Shown in pieces: positions 22,229 through 36,130 of a stretch of 64,000 nt of DNA (position 1 is its first letter; every line of letters begins with the position of its first letter). Both the position numbers and the translations under genes were made by a program. This stretch comes from Camelus dromedarius (taxonomy: Eukaryota): contig NC_087436.1 in the NCBI RefSeq assembly GCF_036321535.1, positions 101,310,001 through 101,374,000 on the forward strand, written 5' to 3'. The notes under the pieces were generated by a model. That model did not search any database. It was given only the letters and a program-made list of their open reading frames with translations, and was not told the origin of the DNA.

Positions 22229-22821
22229 CAGCTGCCATGTATTGTGACAGCAATTTTACATACTTGATATCATCTAATATATAATCTGTTTTGAAAGAAA
22301 TGTCTGCTTTTTGTCTGTGAGGGTCACAAGTCTCAGAGAGGAATTAATTTTCCCAACAACACACTGATGATGGGAAGTAGAGCTGAGCACTGAGCCAGGA
22401 CTGCGTGGTCCCAGCCTATACTTGTAAACCATGGTGCTACACGTCATGTTTAATACACAGGTGCTTCTTAGAATACAAACTCAGATTCCCTTTTGCTGAC
22501 TCATTGCGGGGGTGCCTCCGATTAACAGAATTCTCCATGGAAGTCTTACAAGAGATTCTGTCAATGCCACATAATCTTTGTGTATAAACGACATGAAGAT
22601 TTCTTTTCTCTTCTTGATATCTCAATAGCACAACCAAAGGAGAGGGTTGAAATGTTTTGGATCAAATATCTCTTGTTTCAACAGAAAGCTAATATCTTGA
22701 AAAACTGGAGGAAAAAAATCAAGCATATATTTTTAGATTTTTTTCATATCTATGCTTCAATTTTTAGGCTTATTTGTTTTATTTTGCTCAGTTTTGTTTT
22801 AAAGTCTGTGAGGTCTTCCAG

Positions 22822-22985
22822 CGCCTTGCTGCTTTAAGGTAGGCCAAGGACCAGCACCAAGGGCATTTTATGGGAGCATTTTAAAAATGCATACCTCTAG
22901 GTTTCATCCAGACCTATAGAATCAGCACCTGCCTTTTATCAAGGTCCTCAGCTGATTCACAGGCATTAAGTTTGAGGCGCACTGC
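22822..22985. mobile_element. MER5A1/MER5B-like hAT MITE
   Basis: 'ggaccagcacc...gggagcattttaaaaatgca...ccagacctatagaatcag...aagtttgaggcgcactg'. Confidence 0.75.
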
Positions 22986-24569
22986 CCTAGCATGCCATCA
23001 GAATGCTTTTAAACAGTCTTGAGAACCAGAGAGCAGACACAAATGTTACAGTCTCTCAAGGATCAACAACTCTATTTTGATATTGCCTATACTTCCAAAT
23101 GGGAACAGATGCAATTTCTTAATCAATCAACTGTCAGCCTCACCCTGGTTCTCAGCGTCATCCATTATTTCCCTAACAGTTGACATCACTTGACTTCCAT
23201 CTGTAGGACTCCCTCATCTTGCTTCTCATTTCTGGAATCAACCCTTACCTAGATAAAGAATGTTTTAACGACTCCAGACTTGTAATTTGGTTTAATCTCA
23301 GGTCATTCCCAAATGCTGTCCTGGTTCCTGCTGTTTACATAACTTGGCTTCTCTTATTCACTGCTCCTCTGTCTTCAGGCTAATGTCTCATATATGAATC
23401 TTTCTCTCTCAAGATTTGTATTTCTTTTCTTGTTTTTATCCTTTTGGGTGCCTGGTACCTGTTGACCTATGGGCCTGCCTATAGTTTGCCTCTTGAAATT
23501 CCTGCTGGCTCCTGCCCACTCATACATTCTACCACTTGGCTTCAATAGCCAGTTCTGGTAAACTATGCGATCATTAATTTTGTGTTTTGCTTTGCCCCAA
23601 AATAGAATAACAAATGCAGGTTAACTCATAATAAATCAGTTAACATGGATATAATTTTCTAAAGGTGCATATTAACTGTGAACTTGCAGTTTGTGTGTCT
23701 AGCTGTCTGATACTTATATTCTATCAGTTTTTGATAATCAAGAATTTGATTTTCAAAACTACTGAACTCAGAAAAATGTGGTAACTTGGAGCATTTTAGA
23801 CATTTTATTCAGAATCCACTAAGAGCTGTTATTATTAGTTCATTACATGAAATGGAAGTTTTGGCAAAAAAGAAAATCTACAAAACTTTAGAAAACAAAT
23901 GATAAAGGTCATTCAGAAAGTTATAGATAGAAGATAAAGATTTAGTGTTAGGTTTATTATTTGAACGTGAAAGAAATAAAATGATCCTTAAGTCAATGCT
24001 GCCTGGTCTTTTTCCTGGCCCAGGATTACTACCGTCTTCAGGATTCTTGCTTTGGATGTATGTGTCTATCCCAACTGTCTCCAATGAAGAGAGAGCACTG
24101 GGGTTTTGTAGAAATCTCCTCTGTGCATCACTTTTCCTTTACTCTGTGCTTCAGGACTATCTAAATGCTGCCTGATGTCTAACATCTTGGAACAAAATAC
24201 ATTCATTTTTCTCTGTCATGTTACATTTAGTCACTTCTGTTGTCAGAATTCCCTCTAGGATTCACAAAATCCTCTCTTTTTCCACCAAAAAAACCCAAAA
24301 TCTCTCTTTTGATTAGCACAAAACTGTATTGCCATAATCCCCTTCCACTGGTTTCTCAATGTTTATTTGTTCTGTCCCAAATGGTTCTGTGTTTAGCTTT
24401 CACATCACCTGGAGTGCCTCCTGTCCCATCATGCCTGTTTCTTTAGTGACTTTATCCAACTTCCATAAAACAGTAAATGACTTCAAACTGCTCCACCTAT
24501 CACTTTAAAAAAAAAAAGAACCTTTTAGAATTGAAGATTTTATGTATGTATGTATATATGTATTTATCT

Positions 24570-24690
24570 GTACACACAGATATGGAAAAGTACCTGTAAG
24601 TATACAGATCAATACATTTTCAAAATGGAACACACATAACCAGTTCTCAGATCAATAAAGAGAACATTTCTGCCCACTCCTTTTAGCCCC
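24570..24690 (-). mobile_element. L1ME-type 3' end fragment
   Basis: 'aagtatacagatcaatacattttcaaaatggaacacacataaccagttctcagatcaataaagagaacatt'. Confidence 0.6.
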
Positions 24691-24739
24691 TTTGTACTAA
24701 AAGTTCATGCAGAGTTGCACTTATTCTGTTTCCCACCAC

Positions 24740-24960
24740 CATCAGCCAGGATGGGCTGGGTAATGCTGCAGTAATAAACAGTGCTATTCTCAGTGGACTG
24801 AAAGATTAAAGATTGTTTTCCCCAATGCTACGTGTCCATTGAGACCACTGCAGCTCTGCCAAACCTTGCTTACCATTATTCATTATTTGAAATGTTTTTT
24901 TCTTATAGTAGAAAACTGAATTATGGAGAATTACATCCAGATACTTGAAGGCTTGTGTTG
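24740..24960 (-). mobile_element. MaLR LTR fragment (MLT1J/K-like)
   Basis: 'caggatgggctgggtaatgctgcagtaataaac...ctcagtggact...atgctacgtgtccat'. Confidence 0.6.
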
Positions 24961-25369
24961 TTCATAACCTACGTTAACCGTCTTTCTTTGTATTCTACAC
25001 AAGTCATATATTTTCTTGAAGGGTTAGTCTAATCTAGTTTACAGCTGCAGAAATCATTCTCAACACAACCAGAGAATTATTGAGTGCATACCTAATATTA
25101 AACACTGCATTACTGGTATTACATATTTTGTTTAGTCCTATAAATCAATCAGTATAAATAGGAGATATGAATTTGAGTCAAAGGACATAAAATCACATTG
25201 GATGATATTGTAGGGTTTTTGCTTAAGAGGCTACTTTTTCCCTATTTGGACAATGCTATCAAAATTGCACTCAAGGCCTGTACTGAGGATTTTGGTTCAC
25301 CCTTAAAGTTTCTCTGTTATATTTACAGGATTGTAAGGTAGTGGGAAAATATGTCCTCAATTATTTTGT

Positions 25370-27105
25370 CATATCTAGACATTTTTGCCTAATCCCAGTT
25401 TATAAAGATTTTTGTATGTGTTTTCTAGAAGCTTTATTGTTTGAGGTTTTACATTTAGGTCTATGATCCATTCTGAGTTGGGTTTTATATATGCTATAAG
25501 ATATGAATCAAAGCTCTGATTTGATTTGTATATATATATCCAATTTTAAATTGTTCCAGCACATATTTGTAGAAAAACTGTCATTTTTACTAAATTACCT
25601 TTTGCAGCTTTGTCAAAAATCAATTGTTCATATACATGTGGGTCTATTTCTGAGCTCTATTCTGTTTTTTAATCTATCCTATGCTCAAACCTCAGCTTCT
25701 TAATTACTGTGGTTTTATAATAAATATTGAAATCACATAATGTTCTCAATTTTTCTCTTAGATTTTTAAACTAATCTAGGTTCTTTGCATTTCTATGTGA
25801 ATATCAGAATCAGTTTATCAACTTTTATTTTTAAAAAAAATCCAACCTCTGATTGGATTAAATCAGATCTATAGATCATTGGGGAAAATTGATGTCTTAA
25901 CAATATTAAATCTTCTGAACTAAATTTCTCCTTTCATTTGGGTCTTTATCACTACAGTATTTTCTCATTTTCAGTATAGCAGTTTTTCACATCTTTAGTC
26001 AGGTTTAGGCCTACATACTTAATCATTTTTTATATTGGAAACAATGCAGTTTCCAACATCAAAGTTGGAATCAAATAATATTGAATTTTCTAAAAATTCA
26101 AATATTAGCCTAACTGTTGTACTTATTTAAGTAATTGCTTTAAGGTTTCTAGTATATATCTTTAACTTATCACAGTCTACTCTCAAGTGATATACTTCTT
26201 TTCAAAGAGTATATAAATCTTAGGACAGTAGAATTCCATTTCTGTCTACTTCCAAGTCCCCCCACCAAGACAAACAAATGAACAAGCAACCAAATCAAAA
26301 CTAAACTTGGCCTCTGTGGCAATTTGTCCTGTAGTTCTAGCTGCCTTGTTCTCTGTGGACTCTCAGCTCTGTCTCCTTAATTCAAGAATACTGTGAGCCT
26401 CCACCTGGGTTCTTTCATTCTTTTAAAGAAATGGCTTGGACAATTACAGGGTTTGCCTCTGGTTTCCTGTGGTAGGCTGAATAACAGTCCCCCAAAATGT
26501 CTACCTCCTAACTTCCAGAACCTGTGAGTATTACCGTATAGAGCAAAAAAGCAAAAAACTTTGCAGGTATAATTAATTTAAGAGTCAGTGTTGTAATAAG
26601 CAGCTTAGCCTACATTACCAGGTGGGCCCAATGTAATCACAATGCTCCTTAGAAGAGGAATGGAAGAAGCATCAGAGTCCAAGGAGAAGGTGATGTGATG
26701 CTGGGAGCAGGGAAGAGAATGGCACACTTTGAAGATGCAGTTAGAGGCCACAGGCCAAGGGATTCTGAGGAACCTAGAAGCTAAAAAGAACGAGAAAATT
26801 GGTTCTGCACTCAGAACCTCCCGAAAGAATTGATCCTACCAGCACCTTCAGTTTAGTCCAGTGAAACTGACCTCCAGAACTGTAAGAGAATTTGTTATTC
26901 TTTTAAGCCACTAAATTTTCAGTAGTGTACTACAGCACAAAAGGAAGCTATTATATTTTACATCTTTCAGGGATCAGTGTCTTTTGATCACTGATGTTCA
27001 GTGCCTTAAAAATTGTTATTTTATATATTGTGTTTGTTTACTTTTGGCTATTCCAGGGGGAAGGGTAAATTGATCCCTGTTCCTTTATCTGGATTAAGTG
27101 GAAAT
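25370..27105 (-). mobile_element. Old L1 (L1MC/L1MD-like) fragments: ORF2 3' part, inter-ORF and 5' region; split by MLT1D
   Basis: 'ttttacatttaggtctatgatccattctgagtt...gctttgtcaaaaatcaattg...gtgggtctatttctgagctctattctg'. L1M 5'-end-like text at 26310-26467 resumes at 26956. Confidence 0.75.
26468..26955 (+). mobile_element. MaLR solo LTR (MLT1D-like)
   Basis: 'tgtggtaggctgaataacagtcccccaaa...ccaggtgggcccaatgtaatcacaa...gacctccagaactgtaagag...aagccactaa'. Confidence 0.88.
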
Positions 27106-27322
27106 GGAAATATGTTTTGTAATTTTCAGGGAATTAAAAAAAGATTAATTCCTTAAAGACCCATGTGTGGAGTTGCTTGTTTTACGGATAAAAGCTAGTT
27201 TTCTGAAGTGTATGAATTTTGTGCAGTTAATGAATTGATAGTAGGGAAAGTAAGTGGCATAAAGATGATGTCTTCATCTAATAGAAAAAGAGAGCGAAAT
27301 TCATACTATCCTGTGGTGGAAG

Positions 27323-27550
27323 TAGAATAGTATGGTGGAAAGGCAAAGAGCTTTGGAGACAGACTTCAGTTCATTTCCTGATTGTACTTCTTTTTCCTTG
27401 GTAGTGAAGTAAGACGTGAACTACTCTAAGCCTTGATTTGGTCATCTGAAAGACAGGGGTGATGCTCTGTGATTGTTGCAAAGCAAATTATGAATGTAAA
27501 GAGCTTTGCCTGATACTGGGTACATAGTAAGGATTTAATAAATGTAAGTT
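27323..27550 (+). mobile_element. MIR SINE
   Basis: 'agagctttggagacagac...catctgaaagacaggggtgatg...tgggtacatagtaaggatttaataaatgt'. Confidence 0.75.
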
Positions 27551-28359
27551 TCCTGATTCATAATGTCTTCTAATAGGAAAGTGAAGTATTAGGCAACAGA
27601 GGAATTCTGGAAGCTGAAGTTCTATCAGCTCCTGTTTTAAAAATGGGCAGGAAGGGAGAAGGAGTGTTTAGACTGGTTAGTAGCAAGGGGCTCTTGGATG
27701 ACAACTGGAGTGTTAAGGAAGCAATTGTAAATTTTTATACGGTAGATGATATTGTATAGTTAAAGTCGAGACTTGAACTGTCTGTAAGAGTTTTTCAAAT
27801 TGGAACTATCCTTTAGTTTCAAGACTGAGCTAGAATTGAGCCAAAACTGAGAGCCAAAAGTCTTTTGTTCCAAAGAAAATACTTAGGATGATTAGGTTAA
27901 TTAACTTCAAAGCAAATCCAAAACTGTTTGGCCTGCTCCAGCCCCCTGACCGATGGAGACACCATCTCCCCAGTGAGCTCTGGGGCTTACATAAAAAGAA
28001 AACGGTGTGTACTGAATGTCTAGAATTCATAATTTTAGCCCTTTAGCCACAGGACTTCACAAACCCTGCCACTTTCATCTTGGGTTTCCTTCCCCCATCA
28101 TCTGACCTCAACTCCATCCAGCTGTGACTGAGCCACTGCTTTTTGTCCTCTGATCACTTCTGTCATGCTACCTATCATGGTAACTTCCTGCCTGTATCTG
28201 GTCCACGGACTTTTCCCATCCTTTAGAATCTTCCTGGACTTAAAATGTGGAACTCACACAGAAGTTAATTTGCAGAATGAGATAAAATTGAAGTTTCATT
28301 TTACATCACTTTCCTAAGATTTAAAAATTCTTTAAATTTTGTGTTATGCTGACTTAAGG

Positions 28360-28570
28360 CAAGTTACCTGGTTTGAATCCTTGCCCATGATTTGCTAGCT
28401 GTGTCAGTTTGGGAAAAACACTTAGTTTTTCTTTGTTTTAGTTGTCTTCTATTTAAAAAAGACAATTATGGTACCTCTCTTATCAGGTACATGTAAGAGT
28501 TAAATGACTAATATATGTAAACGTGCTTATAACTGTCCGGTGCATGATAAGTGCTAAACAAATTTGTAAT
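28360..28570 (+). mobile_element. MIR SINE
   Basis: 'cctggtttgaatccttgccc...ctagctgtgtcagtttggg...ttaaatgactaatatatgtaaacgtgctta'. Confidence 0.75.
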
Positions 28571-28999
28571 AATCAGCATTTCAAAATTTATGCAGATATA
28601 TTTTGAAAATTGTTGACTATACTTCTATTATAGTACAAATTTATATTTACTACAGCTACTTAAAACACAAAAAACTAAAAAATATCTGAAATATTTACTA
28701 AATTTTGGGTTCTTTTCTCTTTAGAAAGCCTAGATGCTTTACCCATGTAACCCCATCTTTTGATGCCATCAGCAGCAGCATCAGAATGCTGTTAGAGGTA
28801 ACAGACCTAGTGGCTGTTACAGAACTGCTTTTGTAAACTTGATGCCCTAGATTACAGGTAAAAGAGTCAGATGACTCACAGACTTTGAAACACTGGTGTG
28901 TATTTATTTAATCCACTACAGTAGAAGTGAGTGACCATGGGAATAGGCTAAGTAAAGAATAGATGTTGCTTGTTTGTAAATAAAGATTGCAGAGAACAC

Positions 29000-29168
29000 C
29001 TGGTGCTTTTCATAATTTAATATGCCTGAAAATCACCTACAGATCTTGTGAAAGTACAGATTCTGAATCAAAGTCTTGAGTAGGGTCTGAGCTTCTTCAA
29101 GTAGAGCCAGGTTCCAGGTAGTGTGTCTGTACAGCACATTCTTGAATCGCACTGTGAGTAGCAAGGTT
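29000..29168. mobile_element. MER5B-like hAT MITE
   Basis: 'aatcacctacagatcttgtgaaagtacagattctgaatc...gcactgtgagtagcaagg'. Confidence 0.7.
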
Positions 29169-30650
29169 TTAAGACGTGGAGAATTAGAGCAATAGCAGGC
29201 TAATAATTAAAGCTGTTTAGCTATTTTGAAGTCCTCTATTGGACAACAGGTACATCTCTTACACGTGTGAGTGGAACATATTCTGTGGTTTTGAGGTTTT
29301 TATTTTTAATATAAATTGCAATAGTAAAATATACCTCTTAGATGTCATGTTTCTCTTAATGTTGATTTCATCCCATTGATTGTTTTACTTGTATGACATA
29401 TTCTACTTTAGAACTTGGCTACCAAATATATACCCATTAGGAAGTAAAGATAAAGTAGGCAACCTTCTGATTTTACATAATTATAACATACACATAATGA
29501 GTTGAAAATTGGATCATTTAGAAAATCATTAAAATAATTAAGTTGCCTATAAAATATCCAAAGTTTATGTCCTTTCTCCCCACTCTCCATAAAAGTTGTA
29601 ATCAACAGAACTATTGCAGTTGATACTAACAGACTCATATACATGTTGTCTAAAAAACAAAAAAATCAGAAACATGTTGGCTGAGAAAATACCTGAACCC
29701 AAGAAAAATCTCTAAAAACATAAATTCAATAGCAAGAATTAGAAAAGAGCAAGTCAGTAACATTTTAAGGCAAAGATTTTTAGGAGTAATGAATAATTTT
29801 TCAGTTTTATATTTAATTGAAAGATAGAAGTGTACCAGCATATTCCATAGAAGAGACCTAAATGTTCCTTAACAGTAGAATTCCAAGACTAATTACTTTT
29901 GAAAAATTCAATTCTCTCATCTCTTGAAAAATTTATTTACTTCATGTGGGCAAGCATTTTACCTCTAACAGGTCTGTGTTTATTCAACTCACACTTGTAT
30001 CTGGTCTGTTTATCCAGTATTCTTCAGACTCCCTATTCTTAAAGTTAAGATATTCTGTACTAATGAAACATTGCCTAAGGTTTGCAATGCCTTGAACTAA
30101 TAGACATTTATTTCCAATAAAGGGCTTGAACCAAAATAAAACAATGTAAGATAGGTTTGCTTCTACAAAAAAAGCACTTTGCTTTTTTCCATGGTTTCTT
30201 TTAATTTCTTTGATTGTTATCTCTAATTACTAGAACTTTACATTTGGGTCCAACTACCTTTTAATATCGTTATCTCTTGCAGTGTTTATGACAAGTTTGG
30301 GTGAAACCACAGAAATCACTTTGCTACCGCAAATTTTACATTCTGATTTTGATGTAATATTAGGATGATTATGGATTACAGTTGTTCAAAATTTAAAAGA
30401 TTTAGTAATAAGATGACAAAGAATAAAATTTTAAATACTCAAAGGTTAACAGATTTATGTTACAATGAACATTTCCAAGGTTCTCTTTTTCTGTTATGAA
30501 TATATTCATTAGATGAAATAATACAGTTTAATAACCTTTAAATATATGAAGTTGTAATTTTATTACCAATTAAGCTCAAAAATGATTCCATCAGTGTGAA
30601 GGGATTTGGTTTACTATCATTATAAATGGAATCAATTAGGTCCAATAAGT

Positions 30651-30708
30651 ATAAAGTCACTTGCTATCTTATAAAATCCATAAAGTTACTTGCTATCTTA
30701 TGAAATTC
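30651..30708. repeat. 29-bp tandem duplication (3 mismatches)
   Basis: ATAAAGTCACTTGCTATCTTATAAAATCC and ATAAAGTTACTTGCTATCTTATGAAATTC. Confidence 0.85.
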
Positions 30709-31099
30709 ATATTCTTAATTGTATCAAACTAGTGACTTCCCAGATACCTCTAATTCATTTAATGTGAATTCATTTAGCTTCTAACAAGTGCGTGAAGGAT
30801 GCAAATGACTGAAATGCATGTGATTTGTGTGTGTTTTAATTATTTGGAGGATACTGGTCCAGTTACAGTGATACAGAGTGGAGGCTGCCCACTGCTCTGC
30901 TTAATTTCAGGAATTTATTAAAATAATATATTTTGGCTTCAAAAACAAAGACACTCTTAGCAACAGAATACTAGAATCCTAGTGATCTAGTCAAATGCAA
31001 GCTTTTGGATAGTAGATTGCTTTCCCAGGCACTATTTTTTGGAGGTCTTTAAATAACTCTCTATTGAATTATCATTTTGACTTGCTTCATGAGTGCATA

Positions 31100-31408
31100 T
31101 AGCTCGCTGCTGAAACATCCCATCCTAAGAGAGCTTCCCCTGAAAATGCTATGTAAAATAGCAAGTTTCAACCTCTGGCACTTAAACCACTTTTTTTTTC
31201 TTCATAGCACTGGTTACCCCTCAGGATTGTATATTCTTTGTTTTAAAAAATTGTAATATAGTTGTAATGTTCTAATATACGTACTGGCATATAATTTCCA
31301 TGGGGCCAAGGCCTTATCTCTTTACTCATTGCTGACCAGCATCTGGATCAGTATCTGGAAAATAGTAAGTGCTCAATAGAAATGTTTTCTTGAGTAAATA
31401 AATGAATA
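31100..31408 (+). mobile_element. L2a 3' end
   Basis: 'agagagcttcccctga...ctatgtaaaatagca...ttcttcatagcact...tagtaagtgctcaatagaaatgtttt...aataaatgaat'. Confidence 0.75.
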
Positions 31409-34072
31409 TATCACTAACTGTGCTTACTGCAGGCATTGCCCTTCAGCAAAGCATGCAGCTCACACATTGACCCACCCTTAGACTTAGGCAGAGTGATCAG
31501 AATTGAGTTTTAAAAGATACCAAAGTAGGGAAGGTGCAAGCCAACTGCTTGAATGGAGCGTGGATTCACCATTTTTCTAGGGGTCTGCTTTTATATTTTA
31601 TTTCTTGATAGCTAACTTTCCTTGCTTTGTATATTTTTTCTCTCACCCTAGTCTTCTAGTTGCAATTCAAATTGATGTGATAAATAGTGGAATGGATAAA
31701 ACCAAAATAAATGAATCTTTATTGTACAACTGCTAAGATTTTCCCCAATAGTTAAGAAAAAGAAATGAGGGAAACAAATAGAAGAACATGAGTGAGGTAG
31801 TTCTGGGTACATTTAATTCTCATTTCTTTACCCAATATGTAACATTTGGGAAATACATTTAGTAAGCTGTCTTGTTATTATTCAGATCACTGTTGCTAGG
31901 AAAAGATGACTCATCAGGATGCTATAACTTTTAAAAACCTATTTAGTTTTAAAATGTATAATATTTCTTGAAAAAGTGTTCTTTAATACAATGTCCTTGT
32001 TGCCCAAATGAAAGTACATAGCAATTCGATTATGACAAAGGGTAAATTCTAAAGGAAAAAGAAATTTGGGTAAAGAGCCATTTTCCTCGATTTGTTTTTC
32101 TTTATTTATGTTTTTGTCTGTACTATGTGTCTTTGCTCATATGCCTTTGAGCACTGTTAGAAATGATCAAGACAATATTAACAATTGATCTTCCACATCT
32201 AACTCAGGATAAAAGCCAAACTAAATCAATAATTTTACCATTGTACAACACTTTACTGTAATTTACTTCTAGAGTAATTTACTGAGTATGTGCTTGAATG
32301 AGTGAGAACTTTATCCCCAAGTGTGTCTTAAATATAGCCATAAGGCACTGTTGCAAACATGTCCTTTTACTCATTCTCATATTTTACCTGCCCTGGACAG
32401 CTATAATTTTGGATCTACTAACTACAATTAATTTCTACACATTTCAAAGACGGGAACGTGGCTCCACAGGTGTCATTTGTATTCTCAAACCAACTCATCA
32501 ACTTAGGGCTTTGTATTGGATTTACAGAAAACTCAGTGTGAGAAAAATCACTTTACGGTCAGCTGGAGACTCCCAGGGGGTAGGTTATTCCCTGGGAATA
32601 AATGTGTGACTGTGTGAGAGAGAGAATCAGGGCTGAAAATTCACTTGTCCATTTCACTACAGCTCAGCTAAATGACTAAGTAGTGCGGTAAGAATATGAA
32701 AAGAAGGGTTCCATTAAGAGAGTCTCCAGGGAATTTAGAAAACACGTCTTGTGGTTATATGATGGGTTCATCTGTGCCCTGTAGTTCTGATCCGAGTTGG
32801 ACATTAGGGGACAGGTCTTAATTCTTCTTGGTCATTTAAGTAGTGGTAATGGATCCTGATCACCACTGAACAAAAATAAAAACCTAACTTTACAAAGGAA
32901 AATTGAAACTCCACCAATCCTAACTTACTACCTAGAAGTAAAATATTTACTGGGTGAACTCAAATTCTAAGGCTGCATGAGAAACATGGGTGTTATTTGT
33001 GGCTAGGCCTTGAAAGGATGGAGCAGGAGACTGTAAGCAGTGAATGGTTTTGTTTCTGCCTCAGGCTAATTAAGTTACATTAAGCAAGCCATTTGACCTT
33101 CCAGTGCTTCCATGGTTTCCTCGTGTGTAAAATAGAGAAGAGTCCTATCTCATAGCACCTCTAAAGCAATAAAATGGTATCATGGATACTAAAGGGTTTG
33201 GAAAGGCGATGACAGTCTTTGCAAATAAGACTACAAGTAAAAGTTTCTGTTTATGAAGATACGTGTGTATATGTATATATATATATATAAATTGGTGTAT
33301 ATATGTATCTATTGGTGTATATATGTATCTAGCTATATATAGGTTCTTCTCCCACAAACTTAATACTGTATAGAGATTAAGGCAAATCTCAAATTCATTC
33401 TCCCTCATACAACACATAAACAGCTAGAGCACACACAGTTTTATAAAGCCTCAGGTTCCTCATCCTTTAGTCTTTTTGAGCAAAATCTTTCTTTAAAGCC
33501 TCATCAAGTTATATGTAACAGTAATCTAGCTAAATTTCATGAGTGAATGAGGTGATAAAATCTATCTGGAACTTTCTGGACAGAGGATCTATCAGACTGC
33601 TAAATTTTATCTTACAGTCTAGCCTGCTTAACATGTTTGGTTCTTATACCTTCTTCTTGCAAGGAAGGAGGTATCTATTATAGTATTTCTTGCTATTTCA
33701 CATCTTCTACACATTCTACCAATGACCCCTACCTCTATTACCTATTCTGTCAATGAACGAAGTCTCTGCAGTGAGCTTAATTGCTGATAAAGGCATCTGA
33801 AGCAGTAAACATTTCCAAAAATGGGTTTAAGATTTTAGTATTTCAAATGAAAACCAATCACCCTGAGCAGCTCCTCCTGATTGAACTCTTCAGATAGTAA
33901 CTACCAGTTGGGTGTAGATGAAAGTGAATGTACACATACTCGTCACTTTACTTACACTGAAGGGTTTTTAAGTAACTTGCTGCCAGCATTAAAGTTCTCT
34001 ATGTGGTTGTGGGTTCATTTCTCTATTTCTCAGTCCCAAGCAGGGTACGGATCAGTTAACCAATGCTACATA

Positions 34073-34642
34073 CAGTCAGCTCTTCTTTAACGCTTGTTTT
34101 GAAAATGTAAACTTATTCCTATGTGGTTGATGTACTGGGAACAATTTGGGTGAAATGTTAATTTCTTACTTACTTATGGCAGTTTTGTCCCTGAGAAACA
34201 CTAAATGATAAAGGAAACCATCCCCAGATGCAGTGAGCCTGGCAGGAGATACAGACCACACACATGCACTCGCCTCAGACATCTGTCAGTTACTTCAGTT
34301 CACTGTCTGTGCTGCGGACCACAACCATCCACATCATTACAACTCCACCTGACCTCAGACCAGCTTCCTGCTACCTTCTCCCACTTCGTGAGAAGCAGAA
34401 AACACCATATTAATTGTAGTATTGTAGTATTTATGTACTTCTTTATCATTTAACATGTGTAAAATGCCATTACTTTTTTTTTTCTGTTGTTTCTCTTTTA
34501 ATGTGTCACTGATGAAGTCTTTGAATGCTGTTTCATAGTCAAATCTTACCCTTAAGCTCCATAGTTGAATTTATGGCTTGATTTTTGCATAGCCCAGTGA
34601 TTTCTGGGAACATTATGTGGGGTTTTATTGCAGAACTGACTA
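34073..34642. mobile_element. TcMar-Tigger MITE (Tigger13a-like), both ends present
   Basis: Imperfect TIRs CAGTCAGCTCTTCTTTAAC and TTATTGCAGAACTGACTA, flanked by TA dinucleotides at 34071-72 and 34643-44. Confidence 0.8.
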
Positions 34643-34747
34643 TATTTACTGTAAAGCTTCCTATGTGGTGTTTTCAGACGTCTGTAGTGCTGGTCAGAAG
34701 CACAAATGGCATATAAGTCACCTGTGTAGAATCTATGAAACTACTAC

Positions 34748-34774
34748 TTTTTTTTTTTTTTTTTTTTTTTTTTT
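34748..34774. repeat. Poly(T) tract, 27 nt
   Basis: Read directly from the sequence. Confidence 0.95.
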
Positions 34775-35894
34775 GGTAAAGAGTGGTCAGTGGCCTAAGC
34801 GTATTTGGATCATATTGTGCTGGGGCAAAGGGATTTGAGTGTGCTTCTAGATAAGCCAGTGGCTATTTGAAATTAAAAAAAAAGACAAGATGAATTTTCT
34901 TTTATGATTCAGCTTGGTGTTTGCTCTGATTGTTAGGTTTATTTTCCTCCAGTCCTCATATCACAGAGTCTTACATATAATATGAGTAAATAGAAATACC
35001 CTTAGAAGAACAGCTGGAAATTCCCCTCTTACATACACCAGGGACAGAGCCAGCATTGTAATGGGTAACAGCAACACCTGTCAGGCAGGAGCTGCTATAA
35101 AGGGACTAAAGTCATGGCCAATCCAGGGAGACACTGGTACTCCTTTGTTGAAAACAGAATATAGGATCTATTTTTCAGTCTCACTGAAAAACCATCGTTT
35201 TGATCAATCAATGCAGCAACAGTTTTGTCAAGTTATTTAAATTGGATGAAAATATTTTAAAATCATTTTTCCTTGTATGTAATTACAGAACCAGGAAAAC
35301 TAAAAGTATTAAAAATAAATATAACCTAAACTAATGTTGAACAAAATGTTTACCATCAGTGTTGATTTGCAGCAAGTTTTAGTTTTCCAAATAACCACAT
35401 GGGTGACTTTAACTCCCATGTTCAAGGCTATCAGCCCAGTGAATATCCCCCATCCGCTGGTTCTCAGTATGATTGGGCCCTTGTAGAAATAGCAGGGAAT
35501 TTTAAATACTTTCTGGTCAATCAGTTACATTGTTTTATTGACGTTTCTTCTTTGAACTCTGGGTCACTGCCTCAAAGCTCTGTACCAATAACCATGGAGC
35601 TTTTGTAATGTTCAAAATGAGGTTTGTAGTGCTACTCATTTCTAGGTAAAGCAGAATCCTATTAAATAGAATTGACACAATTAGAAAGCTTTGTCAGAAC
35701 TGTCCTACATGTATGTATGAGTCTTAATTATTTCTGTTTAAAAAGATGAACCTGAGGTTCTGTAAAACCCTAAATTGCCTATTGAATTATCAGTATGCGT
35801 TTGGAGTAATCAGTATATTCATATTCTACTGAATGCTAATAATTTGAAAATGTGTGATACATGGATTATTTATATCAGTGCTGAAACAGATCAT

Positions 35895-36130
35895 TCAGTG
35901 AAGCAGAGCTTTTGAAATGAAAACCTTCACGGCTTTGAGTCATTCGGACCTGAGTTAAAACATTGGATTTGCTACCAATTATCTATAATTACTGTCATGT
36001 TACTTAAATGTTGTAAGCCTCAGGATATTCATATATAAAATGGGTATTATGTCTACTTTACTTGGTGATTATGAGAATTAATTGAGGTAAGAGTAAATAC
36101 CCAGCATACCTATACACTGTATAAAAACAT
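35895..36130 (+). mobile_element. MIR SINE
   Basis: 'ggctttgagtcattcggacctgagtt...ttacttaaatgttgtaagcctcag...tataaaatgggtattat...gagaattaattgaggtaa'. Confidence 0.65.

Noticed and set aside
22355..22395. TGATGA followed by CTGA, a possible C/D box snoRNA
   Set aside because: The spacing is far too short and there is no terminal stem.
32568..32600. Two EBF-like palindromic sites (TCCCAGGGGG and ATTCCCTGGGAAT)
   Set aside because: Both deviate from the TCCCNNGGGA consensus and nothing else supports them.
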